DNA of 64,000 nucleotides from Candidatus Omnitrophota bacterium (GCA_043814965.1 JBDRJN010000003.1:1600-65599); one strand, 5' to 3'. Counted from the stretch's first letter, positions 39,264 through 50,365 are shown. Notes: generated by a model not told the origin, from the sequence alone. Numbers and translations: made by a program.

Positions 39264-39669
39264 TTGTCTCGAGGTATGTCTGCAAGATTATCTGGGCAGC
39301 TATCTTATCTATAGAAAGCTTTCTTTTCCTTCTTGATACATCTGCTTCAAGAAGGACTCTCTCGCCTTGAAGCGTTGAAAGCCTTTCATCGACAAATTCT
39401 ATTGGTATAGCCAGTTCTTTTTTTAAAGACTCGGTAAAGTCCTCTACAAGTCCTGAACTCGGGCCTTTTGTCCCGTTCATGTTTAGGGGCATCCCGATGA
39501 TTATCTTGGAGATGTTATATTGCGTCACTAAAGACTTTATCTCTTTTAAATAAGTGGTGTCGTCTTTTCTCTCTACTACGCATACTCCCTGGGCTGTCAT
39601 GTTCAATTCATCGCTGACCGCTATGCCTAATCGTTTTTTTCCAAAATCTATAGCAAGTATCCTCGGCAT
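39256..39669 (-). CDS. ruvX: YqgF/RuvX pre-16S rRNA nuclease
   Basis: LAIDFGKKRLGIAVSD, GMP, VDERLST, DKIAA.IILQ. Confidence 0.95.
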   Translation of the reverse strand: MPRILAIDFGKKRLGIAVSDELNMTAQGVCVVERKDDTTYLKEIKSLVTQYNISKIIIGMPLNMNGTKGPSSGLVEDFTESLKKELAIPIEFVDERLSTLQGERVLLEADVSRRKRKLSIDKIAAQIILQTYLETNV

Positions 39670-39670
39670 G

Positions 39671-40720
39671 CTAGAAGTTTCTAACGAGGGTCTTTACCTC
39701 CTGAGCCCTATTTTTATTGCATATCAAGGTCCCTGAATGTGTCTGGACCACTATGATATTCTGCAGGCCTATGATGCCTATCTTATGGTCCTGTTCTCCT
39801 ATTATAATGGAATCTTTTACATCCAAAAGGCCAGAGTTGGATAATACAATATTCCCTGAGGCATCCTTGTCGTATATCTCTTCTACGCTGGACCACGAAC
39901 CTATATCCACCCAGTCAAATCCGCCTTTTATGCAGAATATCTTAAGGGTCTTATTTTTGGCTGTGGGTTCCATGACAGCATAATCTATCGAAACAGGCTT
40001 TATGTCCCGATAAGAGTTTGACAGTTTCATAGAATACCCTCTTTTGCCATCAAACCTGACAACATCCTTTAAATTGTAATATAGGTTAGGGGTGTATCTT
40101 TTTAAAGCATTTAGTATTGAATCGACTTTCCATACAAATACTCCGCTGTTCCAAAGAAAATCTTTTTTCTTGGAGAAGAGTTCCGCGTTTTTCTTGTTAG
40201 GTTTTTCAACGAATCTTTTGACTATATATGAGTCTTTTGCTTTCGTCCCGATATTTATATATCCATAACCTATTGAAGCATATTTAGGCTTTATTCCTAT
40301 CGTTACTAGACAAGGAGAACTATCAGTAGCTACCTTTTCACCGGTCAAGAGATCATTAAAGAACATCTTGGAATTTTTTATTATATGGTCAGCTGGAAGT
40401 ATCGCCATGGCTTGATTGCCGAATCTCTTTTGTATGGTAAGCGCAGCAAGGCATACAGCGCATGCAGTGTCTTTTCCTTCTGGTTCCAGTATGATATTTT
40501 TCTTAAGAAGCATGGACGTATAGGGCCTTAATGTCGAATACTGGCTTTTTGTCGTAACAAGGAATATTTTATCTATATCCAGGTTCTCACTAAGCCTTTT
40601 TATGGTCTCTTTTATCATCACATTTCTTGTGCCAAATGTGAGAGTGTGCTTTGCTTTGCCCTTTGCGGTTTTTGGCCACAATCTCTCGCCTTTCCCCCCT
40701 GCCATTATTACAGCGTACAT
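39671..40720 (-). CDS. manC: Mannose-1-phosphate guanylyltransferase
   Basis: IMAGGKGERLWP, EP.GKDTA, PADH, FVEKP, WNSG, SIDYAVME, W.DIGSW. Confidence 0.9.
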   Translation of the reverse strand: MYAVIMAGGKGERLWPKTAKGKAKHTLTFGTRNVMIKETIKRLSENLDIDKIFLVTTKSQYSTLRPYTSMLLKKNIILEPEGKDTACAVCLAALTIQKRFGNQAMAILPADHIIKNSKMFFNDLLTGEKVATDSSPCLVTIGIKPKYASIGYGYINIGTKAKDSYIVKRFVEKPNKKNAELFSKKKDFLWNSGVFVWKVDSILNALKRYTPNLYYNLKDVVRFDGKRGYSMKLSNSYRDIKPVSIDYAVMEPTAKNKTLKIFCIKGGFDWVDIGSWSSVEEIYDKDASGNIVLSNSGLLDVKDSIIIGEQDHKIGIIGLQNIIVVQTHSGTLICNKNRAQEVKTLVRNF

Positions 40721-40745
40721 AGTTTTAGGTCTCCTTGCCCTGTCC

Positions 40746-41561
40746 TTAGGTTTTAAAACTCAAAGTCTTTACAAAACTACCCACATCTTTTATTAAACTT
40801 TTTTTACCCCTATTCTCCTCTATTATTTTTATAATAGCGCTTCCTACGATCACTCCATCAGCTGACTTTGATATGGACCTGACCTGTTCCCTGGAAGATA
40901 TGCCGAATCCAACACAAATAGGTTTTTTAATGAGCTCCTTGGCTTCTTTTAGGTTTTTGAATATCTCTTTCGAGAGTGCTTTTCTAGCGCCAGTCGTCCC
41001 TGTAAGAGATACATAATATACAAATCCGGTTGAGGCGGTTCCGATCATCTTTAATCTCTTCTTTGAGCTGGTAGGAGCAGCCAGATGTATAAGTGAAAAA
41101 TTGTATTTTTTTGAGATCTTTCTTAATTCATAAGATTCTTCAATAGGCAGGTCAGGTACGACTATACCATCTACACCTGAAGAAGACATCTTTTTTATGG
41201 ATCTTTCAAGGCCATAATAGTGTAAGAGATTATAATATATAAGAAATACTATGGGAGTGTCGGATATTTTCCTAACATCTTTTACCATGTTGGATGCAGA
41301 ATCCAGATTCGCGCCTTTTTTCAACGCTCTTTCTGATGAGCGCTGTATAGTAGGCCCGTCTGCGAGAGGGTCAGAAAAAGGTATCCCAAGCTCTATTATA
41401 TCTGTGCCATTTTTCTCTAATTCAAATATCAGCTTTTTGGTCGTAGGTAGATCCGGGTCGCCAGCCATTATAAATGATATAAAAACCTTACGTTTATTTT
41501 TCTTCAAGTCTCTGAATTTTTTATCTATACGGTTCATATTTTTACTTGTGGCTTGTGTCAT
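40746..41561 (-). CDS. trpA: Tryptophan synthase alpha chain (start may be 41537)
   Basis: [37 protein letters not shown]. Confidence 0.97.
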   Translation of the reverse strand: MTQATSKNMNRIDKKFRDLKKNKRKVFISFIMAGDPDLPTTKKLIFELEKNGTDIIELGIPFSDPLADGPTIQRSSERALKKGANLDSASNMVKDVRKISDTPIVFLIYYNLLHYYGLERSIKKMSSSGVDGIVVPDLPIEESYELRKISKKYNFSLIHLAAPTSSKKRLKMIGTASTGFVYYVSLTGTTGARKALSKEIFKNLKEAKELIKKPICVGFGISSREQVRSISKSADGVIVGSAIIKIIEENRGKKSLIKDVGSFVKTLSFKT

Positions 41562-42742
41562 GTGACTTGCGTCATGTGGCTCTTAATTATGTCTATATCC
41601 TTGTCCCCTCTTCCAGAGAGACACACCACTATGATCTTATTTTTCTTTAACTTTGGGGCTAGTTTTTCTACTGCGTAATATATCGCATGGCTTGGCTCAA
41701 GCGCAGGTATGATACCCTCGATCCTGCTTAACATGTTAAAACCAATAAGCGCTTCTTTGTCAGTGATAGCTACGTAGTTCGCTCTCTTTATCTTTTTATA
41801 ATACGAGTGTTCAGGTCCAACTCCAGGATAATCAAGGCCAGCGGATATTGAATGAGCTATCCTTATCTGACCATAGTCGTCCTGTAATAGATAGCTTTTG
41901 GAGCCATGCAATATTCCTGGCTCTCCTTTACAGAGAGCAGCGCCATGTTTTTTTGTATTAAGGCCCAGGCCCCCTGCCTCAACTCCGATGAGATTCACTT
42001 TTGTATTAAAAAAATCATGAAAGATCCCCATGGCATTACTTCCTCCGCCAACGCATGCAACAACATAGTCAGGCAATCTTCCTTCATATTTCAGTATATC
42101 TTTTTTGGTCTCCCTGCCTATTACTGACTGAAAGTCCCTTACGATCATTGGATAAGGATGAGGCCCTACTACAGAGCCTATTATATAATGAGTTGTGCGG
42201 ACATTTGTCACCCAGTCTCGTATTGCTTCATTGGTAGCGTCTTTCAATGTTTTGCTGCCAGAAGATACTGGTACTACTCTAGCGCCAAGTAGTTTCATCT
42301 TGAATACATTCAGCGCCTGGCGATGTATATCCTCCACCCCCATATACACTTCACAAGGAAGCCCGAATACAGCTGCTGCAGTGGCTGTTGCAACACCATG
42401 CTGTCCTGCGCCTGTCTCAGCTATAATGCGCTTTTTACCCATCTTTACAGCTAAAAGCGCTTGGCCCAGGGTGTTATTTATTTTATGAGCACCTGTATGG
42501 AGAAGATCCTCTCTTTTTAGATAGATATTTGTATTAGTTTTTTTAGATAAATTTTTGGCAAAATAAAGCGGAGTAGGCCTTCCAGCATATAGCTCTAGAA
42601 GCTTTTTAAGGTCTTTTTTGAAAGAGATGTTCTTAATAGCTTTTTTGTACTCTTTTTCAAGCTCTTCCAGGGCTATCATGAGAGTCTCTGGCACGAACTT
42701 ACCGCCAAATTCCAAAAACTTGCCTTTTTTGTCAGGTATCAT
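41558..42742 (-). CDS. trpB: Tryptophan synthase beta chain
   Basis: [40 protein letters not shown]. Confidence 0.98.
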   Translation of the reverse strand: MIPDKKGKFLEFGGKFVPETLMIALEELEKEYKKAIKNISFKKDLKKLLELYAGRPTPLYFAKNLSKKTNTNIYLKREDLLHTGAHKINNTLGQALLAVKMGKKRIIAETGAGQHGVATATAAAVFGLPCEVYMGVEDIHRQALNVFKMKLLGARVVPVSSGSKTLKDATNEAIRDWVTNVRTTHYIIGSVVGPHPYPMIVRDFQSVIGRETKKDILKYEGRLPDYVVACVGGGSNAMGIFHDFFNTKVNLIGVEAGGLGLNTKKHGAALCKGEPGILHGSKSYLLQDDYGQIRIAHSISAGLDYPGVGPEHSYYKKIKRANYVAITDKEALIGFNMLSRIEGIIPALEPSHAIYYAVEKLAPKLKKNKIIVVCLSGRGDKDIDIIKSHMTQVT

Positions 42743-42768
42743 AACTATATCTCCAATATAGGATATAA

Positions 42769-42797
42769 ATTATATATTATAAATAGCTTTGTGTCAA
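42769..42797 (-). promoter_or_regulatory. Consensus sigma70 promoter of trpBA operon
   Basis: Perfect TTGACA-17 nt-TATAAT. Confidence 0.8.
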
Positions 42798-42959
42798 CCT
42801 GCAAAATAGGAGATATGTCACTTGGGAACACGTTACTGATATTTAAGGTAGAACAGGTTTAAGATTGGCTCAAGAATCATCTCTGGAAGACTTATCCATG
42901 ACACTTTCCCGATTGGGAAAAGGGCGGTTTCCTTCACAGCTTGGAAAACGTCTCTGGGT

Positions 42960-44921
42960 TTAGTCTATGATCGTTTCGCACTCGGGGATCGAGTTTAGGA
43001 AAGTCTGGCCGTATGGTTTGTCTATTATGCGGCTATCGAGGATGGCTATTATGCCTGTGTCGGATTTACTTCTTATGAGCCTTCCGAACCCTTGTTTGAA
43101 CCTCAACACTGCTTCAGGTAAACTATACTCCAAAAATGCATCCCTGCCTTTATTTTTTATGTCATCCATCCTGGCCTGTGTTATCGGGTGGTCAGGGACC
43201 TGGAAAGGCAGTTTTGTTATTATGACATTAGAGAGCGCTTCGCCCTGGACATCCACTCCCTGCCAAAAACTGTCAACGCCAAAAAGAATAGACCCTTTTT
43301 GTTTTTTAAAATCCCTCAACATCTTGCTCCTATCAAGCCCATTGTCTTGCTTTAACACGTTAAACTTTTTCTCTGCAAAAAAATCCTCAAGCTCTTCATA
43401 GACCATGTTCATGAGAGAATAACTTGTAAAAAGCACAAATGCGTTTCCGCTGGTAAGCCCTACCAGCTTTTTGATCTTTTGGGATGATGCCCTGGCAAAA
43501 TCTACCAAGTGATTAGGGTTTGGCATGCCCTTGGCTATATACATCCGGACCTGTTTTTTGTAATCAAATGATGAGCCTAGCTTTAGTTCCCTGGCATTTT
43601 TTATGCCTAAGCGGCTCTTGAAATACAAAAAAGAAGCATTGTCTATGGAAAGCGTAGCGCTTGTAAATATCGTGGCCTTTTCCATAGAATAAAGCCTTTC
43701 TTCCATTATCTCGCCTATATTTACTGGCGCAATATTGATAGAGACCTTGCTGGACCTATCTTTTCCTGAACACTCCATCCAATAGACATGATTATCGAGG
43801 TCATGCCTCAATATGATATCAAGGGACGTCTTTATGTCGCTTATCTTTTTTATAAGGGACGTTAATTCTACCTGCCCTTCTTTATCGTCAGTATCTTTCT
43901 TGGAATCCATAAGGCTCTCTATCAGCTTTGTCAAAGGCGCCTGGAGGCTGTTTTCTATAAAATCCGGGGTATTGATCATCATGGAATCAGATTTATTGTC
44001 TTTTGCATGGCTTTCGAAATATTTCTTTATTTTTTTAAAAAAACTTTCACTTTTTTTCCGTACTGCCTGCGACCATTCCATGGAATCCTGGGAACCTACG
44101 GTAAGCAAGATACCTTTTTGTTTTTGAGGATTGAATAAAAGGTCCATGAGATATCTTATATAAGAATTGGATACGCTTAAGCCCAGGTGCTCTGTAGCTA
44201 CGTTCTCTATAGAATGCGCTTCGTCAAAGACAATAGTATCATAGTCAGGCAATATAGATTTACTTTCTTCGCTCATGGCTAAATTTGAAAAGAACAGGCT
44301 GTGATTGATGACCAATATCTTTGCATTATCTATCTTTTCCCTGGCATTTTGAAAAAAACAGGCCTTAAAATAAGGGCAGGCCTTTCCCATGCAGTTTTCT
44401 GGATCCGATGAGACCATGTCCCATACTTTTCTATCTATCTTTTCGTCCAGGTCATAGAGCGAGCCATCGGATGTCCTGTAAGACCATGCTGTTACCCTGG
44501 CAAACTGCATCACCTCGTTCTCGTCTGAAAAAAGGTCTTTTTGCTTAAAATCAGACCTTCTCAGCCTTCTAAGGCATAGATAATTCCCTCTGCCTTTTAC
44601 AAGTACTGCCTTAAAATCAATACCCAGGGCGTTTTCTAAAAAAGGTATGTCCTTATGTATGATCTGTTCCTGTAGATTGATCGTGTTTGTGGATATGACG
44701 GCTACGGAGTCTTTTTTTAGCGTGTATTGCGCTATAGGGATAAGATATGAAAAGCTTTTTCCGACACCAGTACCAGCCTCGACAATAAGCGTCTCGGATC
44801 TAGAGATAGCATCTTTTATTGCCTCTGCCATCTCGACCTGTTCAGGCCTCTTTTCATAGCCTGGCAAAACTTTCGCTATAGGCCCTGATTCATCGAATAT
44901 ATTTTCTATATAATTACTCAT
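42960..44921 (-). CDS. dinG: DinG/YoaA-family Fe-S DNA helicase
   Basis: EAGTGVGKS, KGRGNYLC, C...CP....CF, DEAH, TSATL, QGFGRLIRS. Confidence 0.93.
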   Translation of the reverse strand: MSNYIENIFDESGPIAKVLPGYEKRPEQVEMAEAIKDAISRSETLIVEAGTGVGKSFSYLIPIAQYTLKKDSVAVISTNTINLQEQIIHKDIPFLENALGIDFKAVLVKGRGNYLCLRRLRRSDFKQKDLFSDENEVMQFARVTAWSYRTSDGSLYDLDEKIDRKVWDMVSSDPENCMGKACPYFKACFFQNAREKIDNAKILVINHSLFFSNLAMSEESKSILPDYDTIVFDEAHSIENVATEHLGLSVSNSYIRYLMDLLFNPQKQKGILLTVGSQDSMEWSQAVRKKSESFFKKIKKYFESHAKDNKSDSMMINTPDFIENSLQAPLTKLIESLMDSKKDTDDKEGQVELTSLIKKISDIKTSLDIILRHDLDNHVYWMECSGKDRSSKVSINIAPVNIGEIMEERLYSMEKATIFTSATLSIDNASFLYFKSRLGIKNARELKLGSSFDYKKQVRMYIAKGMPNPNHLVDFARASSQKIKKLVGLTSGNAFVLFTSYSLMNMVYEELEDFFAEKKFNVLKQDNGLDRSKMLRDFKKQKGSILFGVDSFWQGVDVQGEALSNVIITKLPFQVPDHPITQARMDDIKNKGRDAFLEYSLPEAVLRFKQGFGRLIRSKSDTGIIAILDSRIIDKPYGQTFLNSIPECETIID

Positions 44922-44958
44922 AATTTATTCCTTGCCAACCAAGAACAAATAAAGCTGC

Positions 44959-45120
44959 ATCCTGCCTGTCTGTGAGTGCTGTTTGAGAGGCCTTTTTCTT
45001 TTGAGCGGGCACGGTTCGCCCTTATGTATATCAGGCGGGAGCGAAAAAGAAAACGGAGTAAAATTTCCACGCCGGGGAAATTTTACGTCCTCGAGAACAG
45101 TACTCACAGGCAGGCAGGAT
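44959..45120 (+). mobile_element. MITE-like structured element, copy 1
   Basis: 25-bp terminal IR ATCCTGCCTGTCTGTGAGTGCTGTT...AACAGTACTCACAGGCAGGCAGGAT; core shared with 55669-55867 (inverted). Confidence 0.7.
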
Positions 45121-45752
45121 CATCTCTTACTTTTACTAAAGAGCTTTATTTTTCTTTCTTCGCCTTCTTTTAGGCGTTTTATGTTGGAGCGGTGCTTATA
45201 TACTATCACTATGCATAATAGTGACATCACGACCACTATTTCTGTGCTTTTATTGAATAAGAACGTCAGGATAGGTATTGCGATAGCTGCTACGATAGAA
45301 GCCAGCGACACATAACCTGTTACACCAAACACAACCGCCCATACAATAAAGCCAAGTATAAAGATCTTCGGTATAAGCCCTACTATCACGCCTGCGCTGG
45401 TTGCTACGCCTTTTCCGCCTTTGAACCTAAGGAACACTGTCCAGTTATGGCCTGCTATCACTGATAGGCCCATGAGTACTTTATATAATTCTGGCCTTGT
45501 AAAAGGAGCTATATACATAAATAGATCTGCAAGATAAGTTACCGCGATATAGCCTTTTAGCATATCTGCTAGGAGGACTACGATACCAGGGGCTTTACCA
45601 ACAACCCTGAATGTATTGGTAGCGCCTATATTACCGCTTCCGAACTGCCTTATATCAATACCTTTTACGATCTTTCCAGCAATATAGGCAGTAGGTATAG
45701 AGCCTATGATGTATGTTACCAACAGGCCTAAAGATAATACAAGATATGACAT
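45120..45752 (-). CDS. plsY: Glycerol-3-phosphate acyltransferase
   Basis: GSIP, DIR..GSGNIGATN..R, GH, FKGGKGVAT, H.SNI.RL..G.E. Confidence 0.96.
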   Translation of the reverse strand: MSYLVLSLGLLVTYIIGSIPTAYIAGKIVKGIDIRQFGSGNIGATNTFRVVGKAPGIVVLLADMLKGYIAVTYLADLFMYIAPFTRPELYKVLMGLSVIAGHNWTVFLRFKGGKGVATSAGVIVGLIPKIFILGFIVWAVVFGVTGYVSLASIVAAIAIPILTFLFNKSTEIVVVMSLLCIVIVYKHRSNIKRLKEGEERKIKLFSKSKR

Positions 45753-45801
45753 AACTGCTCCTTATAAGTTTGACTTCGCAGCCAACTTATTAAAAACAAC
45801 A

Positions 45802-46362
45802 TCACGAGGCTTCACTCAATTCCTTTGAACCTCTCCAGATATAGTCCAGCCCTGAGAAAAAAGTAAGGACCACTGCCGGATAGAGAAAAAATTTATTAAA
45901 ACTAACGGGTATTAGTATAGCCATAATAGCTATCATCTGAAAAAAGGTCGTTATCTTACCGAGGATACTGGGCCTTATTTTTACAGTCCCTTTTATGAAA
46001 TATATTATCAGTGCTCCCAGGACTATGATAATATCACGGCTAAGGACTATCAGGACTATCCATGCGGGTATTTTTAAGTCTATGGGTAGGTTTTTTATAG
46101 CAGAAAGTGAAATAAATGCGCTTATTATAAGTATTTTATCAGCTATGGGGTCCAGGATCACTCCTAGTTCTGTTATCTGATCCCTGCTTCTAGCTATCCC
46201 GCCGTCTATGGCATCTGTGAGGCTGGCTAATGCGAATATGCCAAAGGCTATGAGTCTGAGATAACTACTTCTATTGTAATACAACATGCACGCTATAAAA
46301 AATGGCGCTGTCAAAAGCCGGATCATAGTAATCTTATTTGCCAGGTTCATAAATGAGCTCAC
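45802..46362 (-). CDS. pgsA: CDP-alcohol phosphatidyltransferase (PgsA-like)
   Basis: N..N.IT..R, TDAIDG.IAR.......G..LDPIADK. Confidence 0.85.
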   Translation of the reverse strand: MSSFMNLANKITMIRLLTAPFFIACMLYYNRSSYLRLIAFGIFALASLTDAIDGGIARSRDQITELGVILDPIADKILIISAFISLSAIKNLPIDLKIPAWIVLIVLSRDIIIVLGALIIYFIKGTVKIRPSILGKITTFFQMIAIMAILIPVSFNKFFLYPAVVLTFFSGLDYIWRGSKELSEAS

Positions 46363-46398
46363 AATTTACGCAACTGAAAGGAGAGTAAATTGTATGAG

Positions 46399-46461
46399 CG
46401 AATTTATCCCGAGTCCCTCGCGTCACACATTATTCAATAAAGACCCTCGGGACGAGGGATA
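46399..46461. repeat. CGAATTTATCCCGAG...CGAGGGA palindromic element
   Basis: Related copies at 47964-48011 (inverted) and 50315-50360. Confidence 0.6.
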
Positions 46462-46467
46462 CGTGGT

Positions 46468-47808
46468 TTAGTTACTCCATACTTCCTTTAAATACTTAGG
46501 GATCGATGAAGCCTCTTTTGGACCGACAAGCACTTTCCAGCCGGACGTATCTTCTAATTTACCGCTTATGACTGATACGTACCCAGGTATTATTATCTTC
46601 CTGTGCGACACTGCTTCTTCTGCGCCAAATTTTTTGAGCGTATCAGCTATGATCTCCGGTGTAAATTTTTCTGCTGCCCATGCTGTCAAGACGCTCATCC
46701 CTTCGCTATCAGTCACCAATAGATACGCTGCCATCTTGCTGGATTCTATCTCAGGAGAGACAGTATAAAATGTGAGTGAGAAATTTGTCGTAACTAAAAT
46801 AGGAGAGTTTTTATCAACAGCTCCAAATGAGTATAGCTTTGGCTCTACTGTAATAGGCTTTTGGGGGTCTGTGTATATGTTCTGACGAAGCGTCAGTATT
46901 GGTAAAAGTACGTCTTTGTCCAAAGAATCTATCACTATAATACCAGCGTATTTAGCGATACAAAGAGAAGCCTTGCTGACTATATCGTATTTATCAGCTC
47001 CTTTTATAAAAGATATTACAGGATACCCCAAGGCTCTATAATTTTTCTTTAGAGAAAGCCTTCTTATCTGGGTAAAGTCATTTACAGCCCTGTTCAATGA
47101 ATCAGGCTGACTATCCAACACTATCTCCTCTACTCCCAGGGATATCGCTTCATTTGATAATCTATCAAGCTCCTCGAGATCCGAAGCCTTAAGAGCGATC
47201 GGCACCTTAAAAGACTTGGCTATCCCTGAGATCTCTTTTATGTTTTCTGTAGTTGCTGCGTATACAAGAGGCCTTCTGTCAGCGCATTTTTTTAATGCCT
47301 CTTCAATGGTCTTATGATCGCTGCTGACAAGTATCAGGGCTTTTTTTGAATTTGCCAGGATATTATCAAGAGCTTTTAAGAAAGCTCCACTCGAAGCGCT
47401 CTTATTGACCAGGGCTATAGCGTCCAAAGTGATGTGGAGCCCCACTCTTTCAAAAGATGTTCCTTCTATAGCCTTTATCCTATCCAGTAGAGCCTTTTCA
47501 TCAAGAGTATCCTCGACGCTGACAGAGATGACAGTCTGGTTATAAAACGTCTTTTCATGACGAAAAAGCACTGTCTCTCCGCCCGCATTTAGTTTTTCTT
47601 CGCCAGAACCAATGCTTATTGTAGCTATCGGCGGTTTTGAGGCCTGGTCAAGAGATAGTTTTGCTTCTTCTGATATGTCAGGACATTCGCTTAATGACGC
47701 TTTTTTCATAGCAAGCTTCATCGCGAACGCAAGGCATGTCGGGGAACCGCATTTCTTACAATTTGTCTTAGGCAATAACTTATAGATGTCTAAACCTGAT
47801 AGAGCCAT
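46468..47808 (-). CDS. acsC: Corrinoid Fe-S protein large (gamma) subunit
   Basis: LPKTNCKKCG.PTCLAFAM...CP, GGETVLFRHEKTF, YTDPQKP, TTNFSLT, LTAWAA. Confidence 0.96.
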   Translation of the reverse strand: MALSGLDIYKLLPKTNCKKCGSPTCLAFAMKLAMKKASLSECPDISEEAKLSLDQASKPPIATISIGSGEEKLNAGGETVLFRHEKTFYNQTVISVSVEDTLDEKALLDRIKAIEGTSFERVGLHITLDAIALVNKSASSGAFLKALDNILANSKKALILVSSDHKTIEEALKKCADRRPLVYAATTENIKEISGIAKSFKVPIALKASDLEELDRLSNEAISLGVEEIVLDSQPDSLNRAVNDFTQIRRLSLKKNYRALGYPVISFIKGADKYDIVSKASLCIAKYAGIIVIDSLDKDVLLPILTLRQNIYTDPQKPITVEPKLYSFGAVDKNSPILVTTNFSLTFYTVSPEIESSKMAAYLLVTDSEGMSVLTAWAAEKFTPEIIADTLKKFGAEEAVSHRKIIIPGYVSVISGKLEDTSGWKVLVGPKEASSIPKYLKEVWSN

Positions 47809-47841
47809 GATATATCCTTTCTATATTTATATCTTATTTAC

Positions 47842-48059
47842 CCGCCTACGCAATAATAAACTGAATAATAGTTCTGCTACGGCGGATAAATTCGGACAGT
47901 GACTTACATTCACTCCGCCCGGCCTGCTGTTAAGCAAGCTCCGTAAACATTATACAGAATTATTATCCCTCGACATACAGTGTCATGCGATTATGGCTCG
48001 GGATAAATTCGGACAGTGACTTACATTCACTCGCTCCGCTCGTTCTGTAAGTCACGTCC
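47842..48059. repeat. Composite intergenic repeat: 32-bp direct repeat plus nested palindromes
   Basis: GGATAAATTCGGACAGTGACTTACATTCACTC at 47884-47915 and 48001-48032; hairpin GGAC.GTGACTTACA...TGTAAGTCACGTCC. Confidence 0.8.
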
Positions 48060-48063
48060 TCAT

Positions 48064-50241
48064 TTACATAACTGCTTCCATTGTAAGCGCTGGATGTCCT
48101 GATTTTTCTAGAAATGGCAGTAATTCTTCCATACTCGTAGCTACAGTCTCATCCGCGATCTTGCCTACCAATCCAGGGTCTCCTAGTTCTTGGGCCCTGC
48201 GCTCAAGCTTGTCTTTTAACGCTTCTTTTAATTCCTTGGGCATCCACACAACTCTTTTTAACCCGCCTTCAGCAGAAATAAATTTCTTACTCGCTAGATA
48301 CAATCTACCTACCCCCATGAACCCGGGTGTCTGAGAGCCTCCTCCGATGCTTCCTGCAAGAGTCGAGAAACCCATGCCAGCGGGAGTCGAACCAGCATAC
48401 TCTCTATTTACTACCATAAAACCATTGGCTTCCGGCAGTATAGCGATAATACATTCAAAACATCCGCAGCTGGTCTCAGGAGAATCTATTATAGAATAAC
48501 CGCAGAATCTTTCAAGTGTACGATTTGATTTTTGGAATATCACTTCGTTCACGCCTTTCCATTCACCTTTTGCGGGATCAAGGCACTCGCCTTTTTTTAT
48601 AGGCTGGTTCGGGCCGGATGGATTGAGCTCATAACTTGCCTTGGCATCAAGCCAGTTGTAGGCGCCGCAAAGGCCAAGCCTCTCGGGCTTTATTACACAT
48701 AGATGATTTGGCGCAAAACTTTGACAGAGAGTACAGCTCCAGAATATATCGACACTCTCATCCGTCATATTTGCGACCCTTTCATCTCTTTCTTCATAGG
48801 AGACTTTGGCCTCACCGATCCTCTTGTCGACCTCTTCCTGTTTTGTCACTATAGTGACCTCTACTTTATCAGCGATACTGCTAAAAACATCATGAAATCT
48901 CGCGTGCAATATTACGCCAAGATGTTCTAATTTAAAACCTTTATTTTTCGCATCTTTAGATATCCTCATCCAGCACATATCCCGCTGGCCCATATGAAAG
49001 ACCCCCATAGCCTCGTTCAGGAAACTATGTATCTGTCTTTCAAGTATTGGTTCAAAGTCTTTCTGCATCTTTCTGCCAGCGACTTCTACTATTATCCCTA
49101 AAGGAGAAGCGCCTCCTTCTTTTATCTCATCAAGTTCAGGGCCTATGACCTTTATCTTGCCGTCCTCTATCTTATCTATATCAACCATCTTTACATACTC
49201 GAATGCATCTGAGTATTTCCCGCCAAATTGAGCGAACATCTGTTCTCTTCTTACCCTTTCTCCCTCGAAAGCAGGAGAATACGATACTGGAATAGGTATC
49301 TCTGATACCTTTAATTTTATCCCTCTTAGTTCTATTGCTTTGGGTACTATCTTTTTGTGGTCCAGCTCCCTGATGACATGTTCATATGTACAGATACCCG
49401 TCGGCCTTATCTCAGGGATAAAAGTATCTGCTATTATAGGGAAACCCATATTTATAGCGCCCGCGCCTGTAGCATATTTTATATCATCAAGTTCTCCCAG
49501 CACCATGCCAAATGCAAATACCCTGTTCTGGCAATATTTAAGGCATTTCAAAGCCTCGCCTTTTTTGTGGCCTCCAAAAGTCAGGGCACCTCTTATAGCC
49601 CAATTAAGCGGGTATATAGCGCTGATCGTATCCCTTCCGTAAGGTACTATATAGGTATCCCAGCCCATCTCGACTTTTTCTTCTAAGAGTTGATCTATAA
49701 TGCTTCTCCCCTTGACCGAACTACCGACAAATGTCATTATGCTTCTTTTTTGCAGTTCCCTTACTATGTATACAGCTGTTTTATTGTCCGGGGCTGCGCC
49801 TAATATAGCAGCAAAACCAGGCATCCTGCCGTCTACAAGCTGTATGCCTAATGTGCGGAGTATAGTATCAGAGAAAAAACCATTGCAGTCTTTCTGGGGC
49901 TCTTGGTTATAAAGGTATCTTAATGCCATGATCAGTTCTTCGCAAAGTAAAGCTGCTATACCTGAATCCAATGTATTGCCTAGATAAGGCAGCCATATCT
50001 TCTCTGTAGGTTCATCATGTAGAAGGTTCCTTGAAAAATCCAGGACATCCAGGCCATCCTTCAATGTCTTTACTTCCTTGCCTAAAAGCGCGTATGCCAT
50101 CGGGAGATAAAAAGCTGTTTCCGGGAATTTGAGTTCTTTTGACTCAGAATTTTCTTTGATAGCTTTTGCGAGCAATTCCCCTGCCTGTTTATATATCTGT
50201 CTTGCGCCCCTTATGGCAGCTGAAGCGATTATCTTTGACAT
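48064..50241 (-). CDS. acsB: Acetyl-CoA synthase subunit (bacterial type, A-cluster)
   Basis: CTLCQSFAPNHLC, GLCGA and TSCGCFEC A-cluster ligands; bacterial N-terminal domain present. Confidence 0.96.
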   Translation of the reverse strand: MSKIIASAAIRGARQIYKQAGELLAKAIKENSESKELKFPETAFYLPMAYALLGKEVKTLKDGLDVLDFSRNLLHDEPTEKIWLPYLGNTLDSGIAALLCEELIMALRYLYNQEPQKDCNGFFSDTILRTLGIQLVDGRMPGFAAILGAAPDNKTAVYIVRELQKRSIMTFVGSSVKGRSIIDQLLEEKVEMGWDTYIVPYGRDTISAIYPLNWAIRGALTFGGHKKGEALKCLKYCQNRVFAFGMVLGELDDIKYATGAGAINMGFPIIADTFIPEIRPTGICTYEHVIRELDHKKIVPKAIELRGIKLKVSEIPIPVSYSPAFEGERVRREQMFAQFGGKYSDAFEYVKMVDIDKIEDGKIKVIGPELDEIKEGGASPLGIIVEVAGRKMQKDFEPILERQIHSFLNEAMGVFHMGQRDMCWMRISKDAKNKGFKLEHLGVILHARFHDVFSSIADKVEVTIVTKQEEVDKRIGEAKVSYEERDERVANMTDESVDIFWSCTLCQSFAPNHLCVIKPERLGLCGAYNWLDAKASYELNPSGPNQPIKKGECLDPAKGEWKGVNEVIFQKSNRTLERFCGYSIIDSPETSCGCFECIIAILPEANGFMVVNREYAGSTPAGMGFSTLAGSIGGGSQTPGFMGVGRLYLASKKFISAEGGLKRVVWMPKELKEALKDKLERRAQELGDPGLVGKIADETVATSMEELLPFLEKSGHPALTMEAVM

Positions 50242-50365
50242 ATTTTCTCCTCTTAAACGAGCAGATAATTTATGGAACGATAGTGAACATAAATTATAAG
50301 CCGTTGGTTGTCTGCGAATTTAATCCCGAGTTGCCCTTGTTTGCATTATATAGCGAGGGACCAAA

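Noticed and set aside
42815-42862. Plus-strand AGGAG + 15-codon ORF (MSLGNTLLIFKVEQV) between trpB and dinG; possible trp leader or gene relic
   Set aside because: Wrong strand and upstream of the trpB promoter, no Trp codons, and no recognisable homology; no attenuator or T-box seen.
44925-45315. ORFs 44925..45107, 44976..45173 and 44983..45315 (also 55801..55989)
   Set aside because: Fortuitous frames across the MITE-like element; no transposase motifs.
47884-48032. 32-bp direct repeat as a possible mini-CRISPR
   Set aside because: Only two units with an 85-bp spacer, embedded in palindromic elements, and no cas genes.
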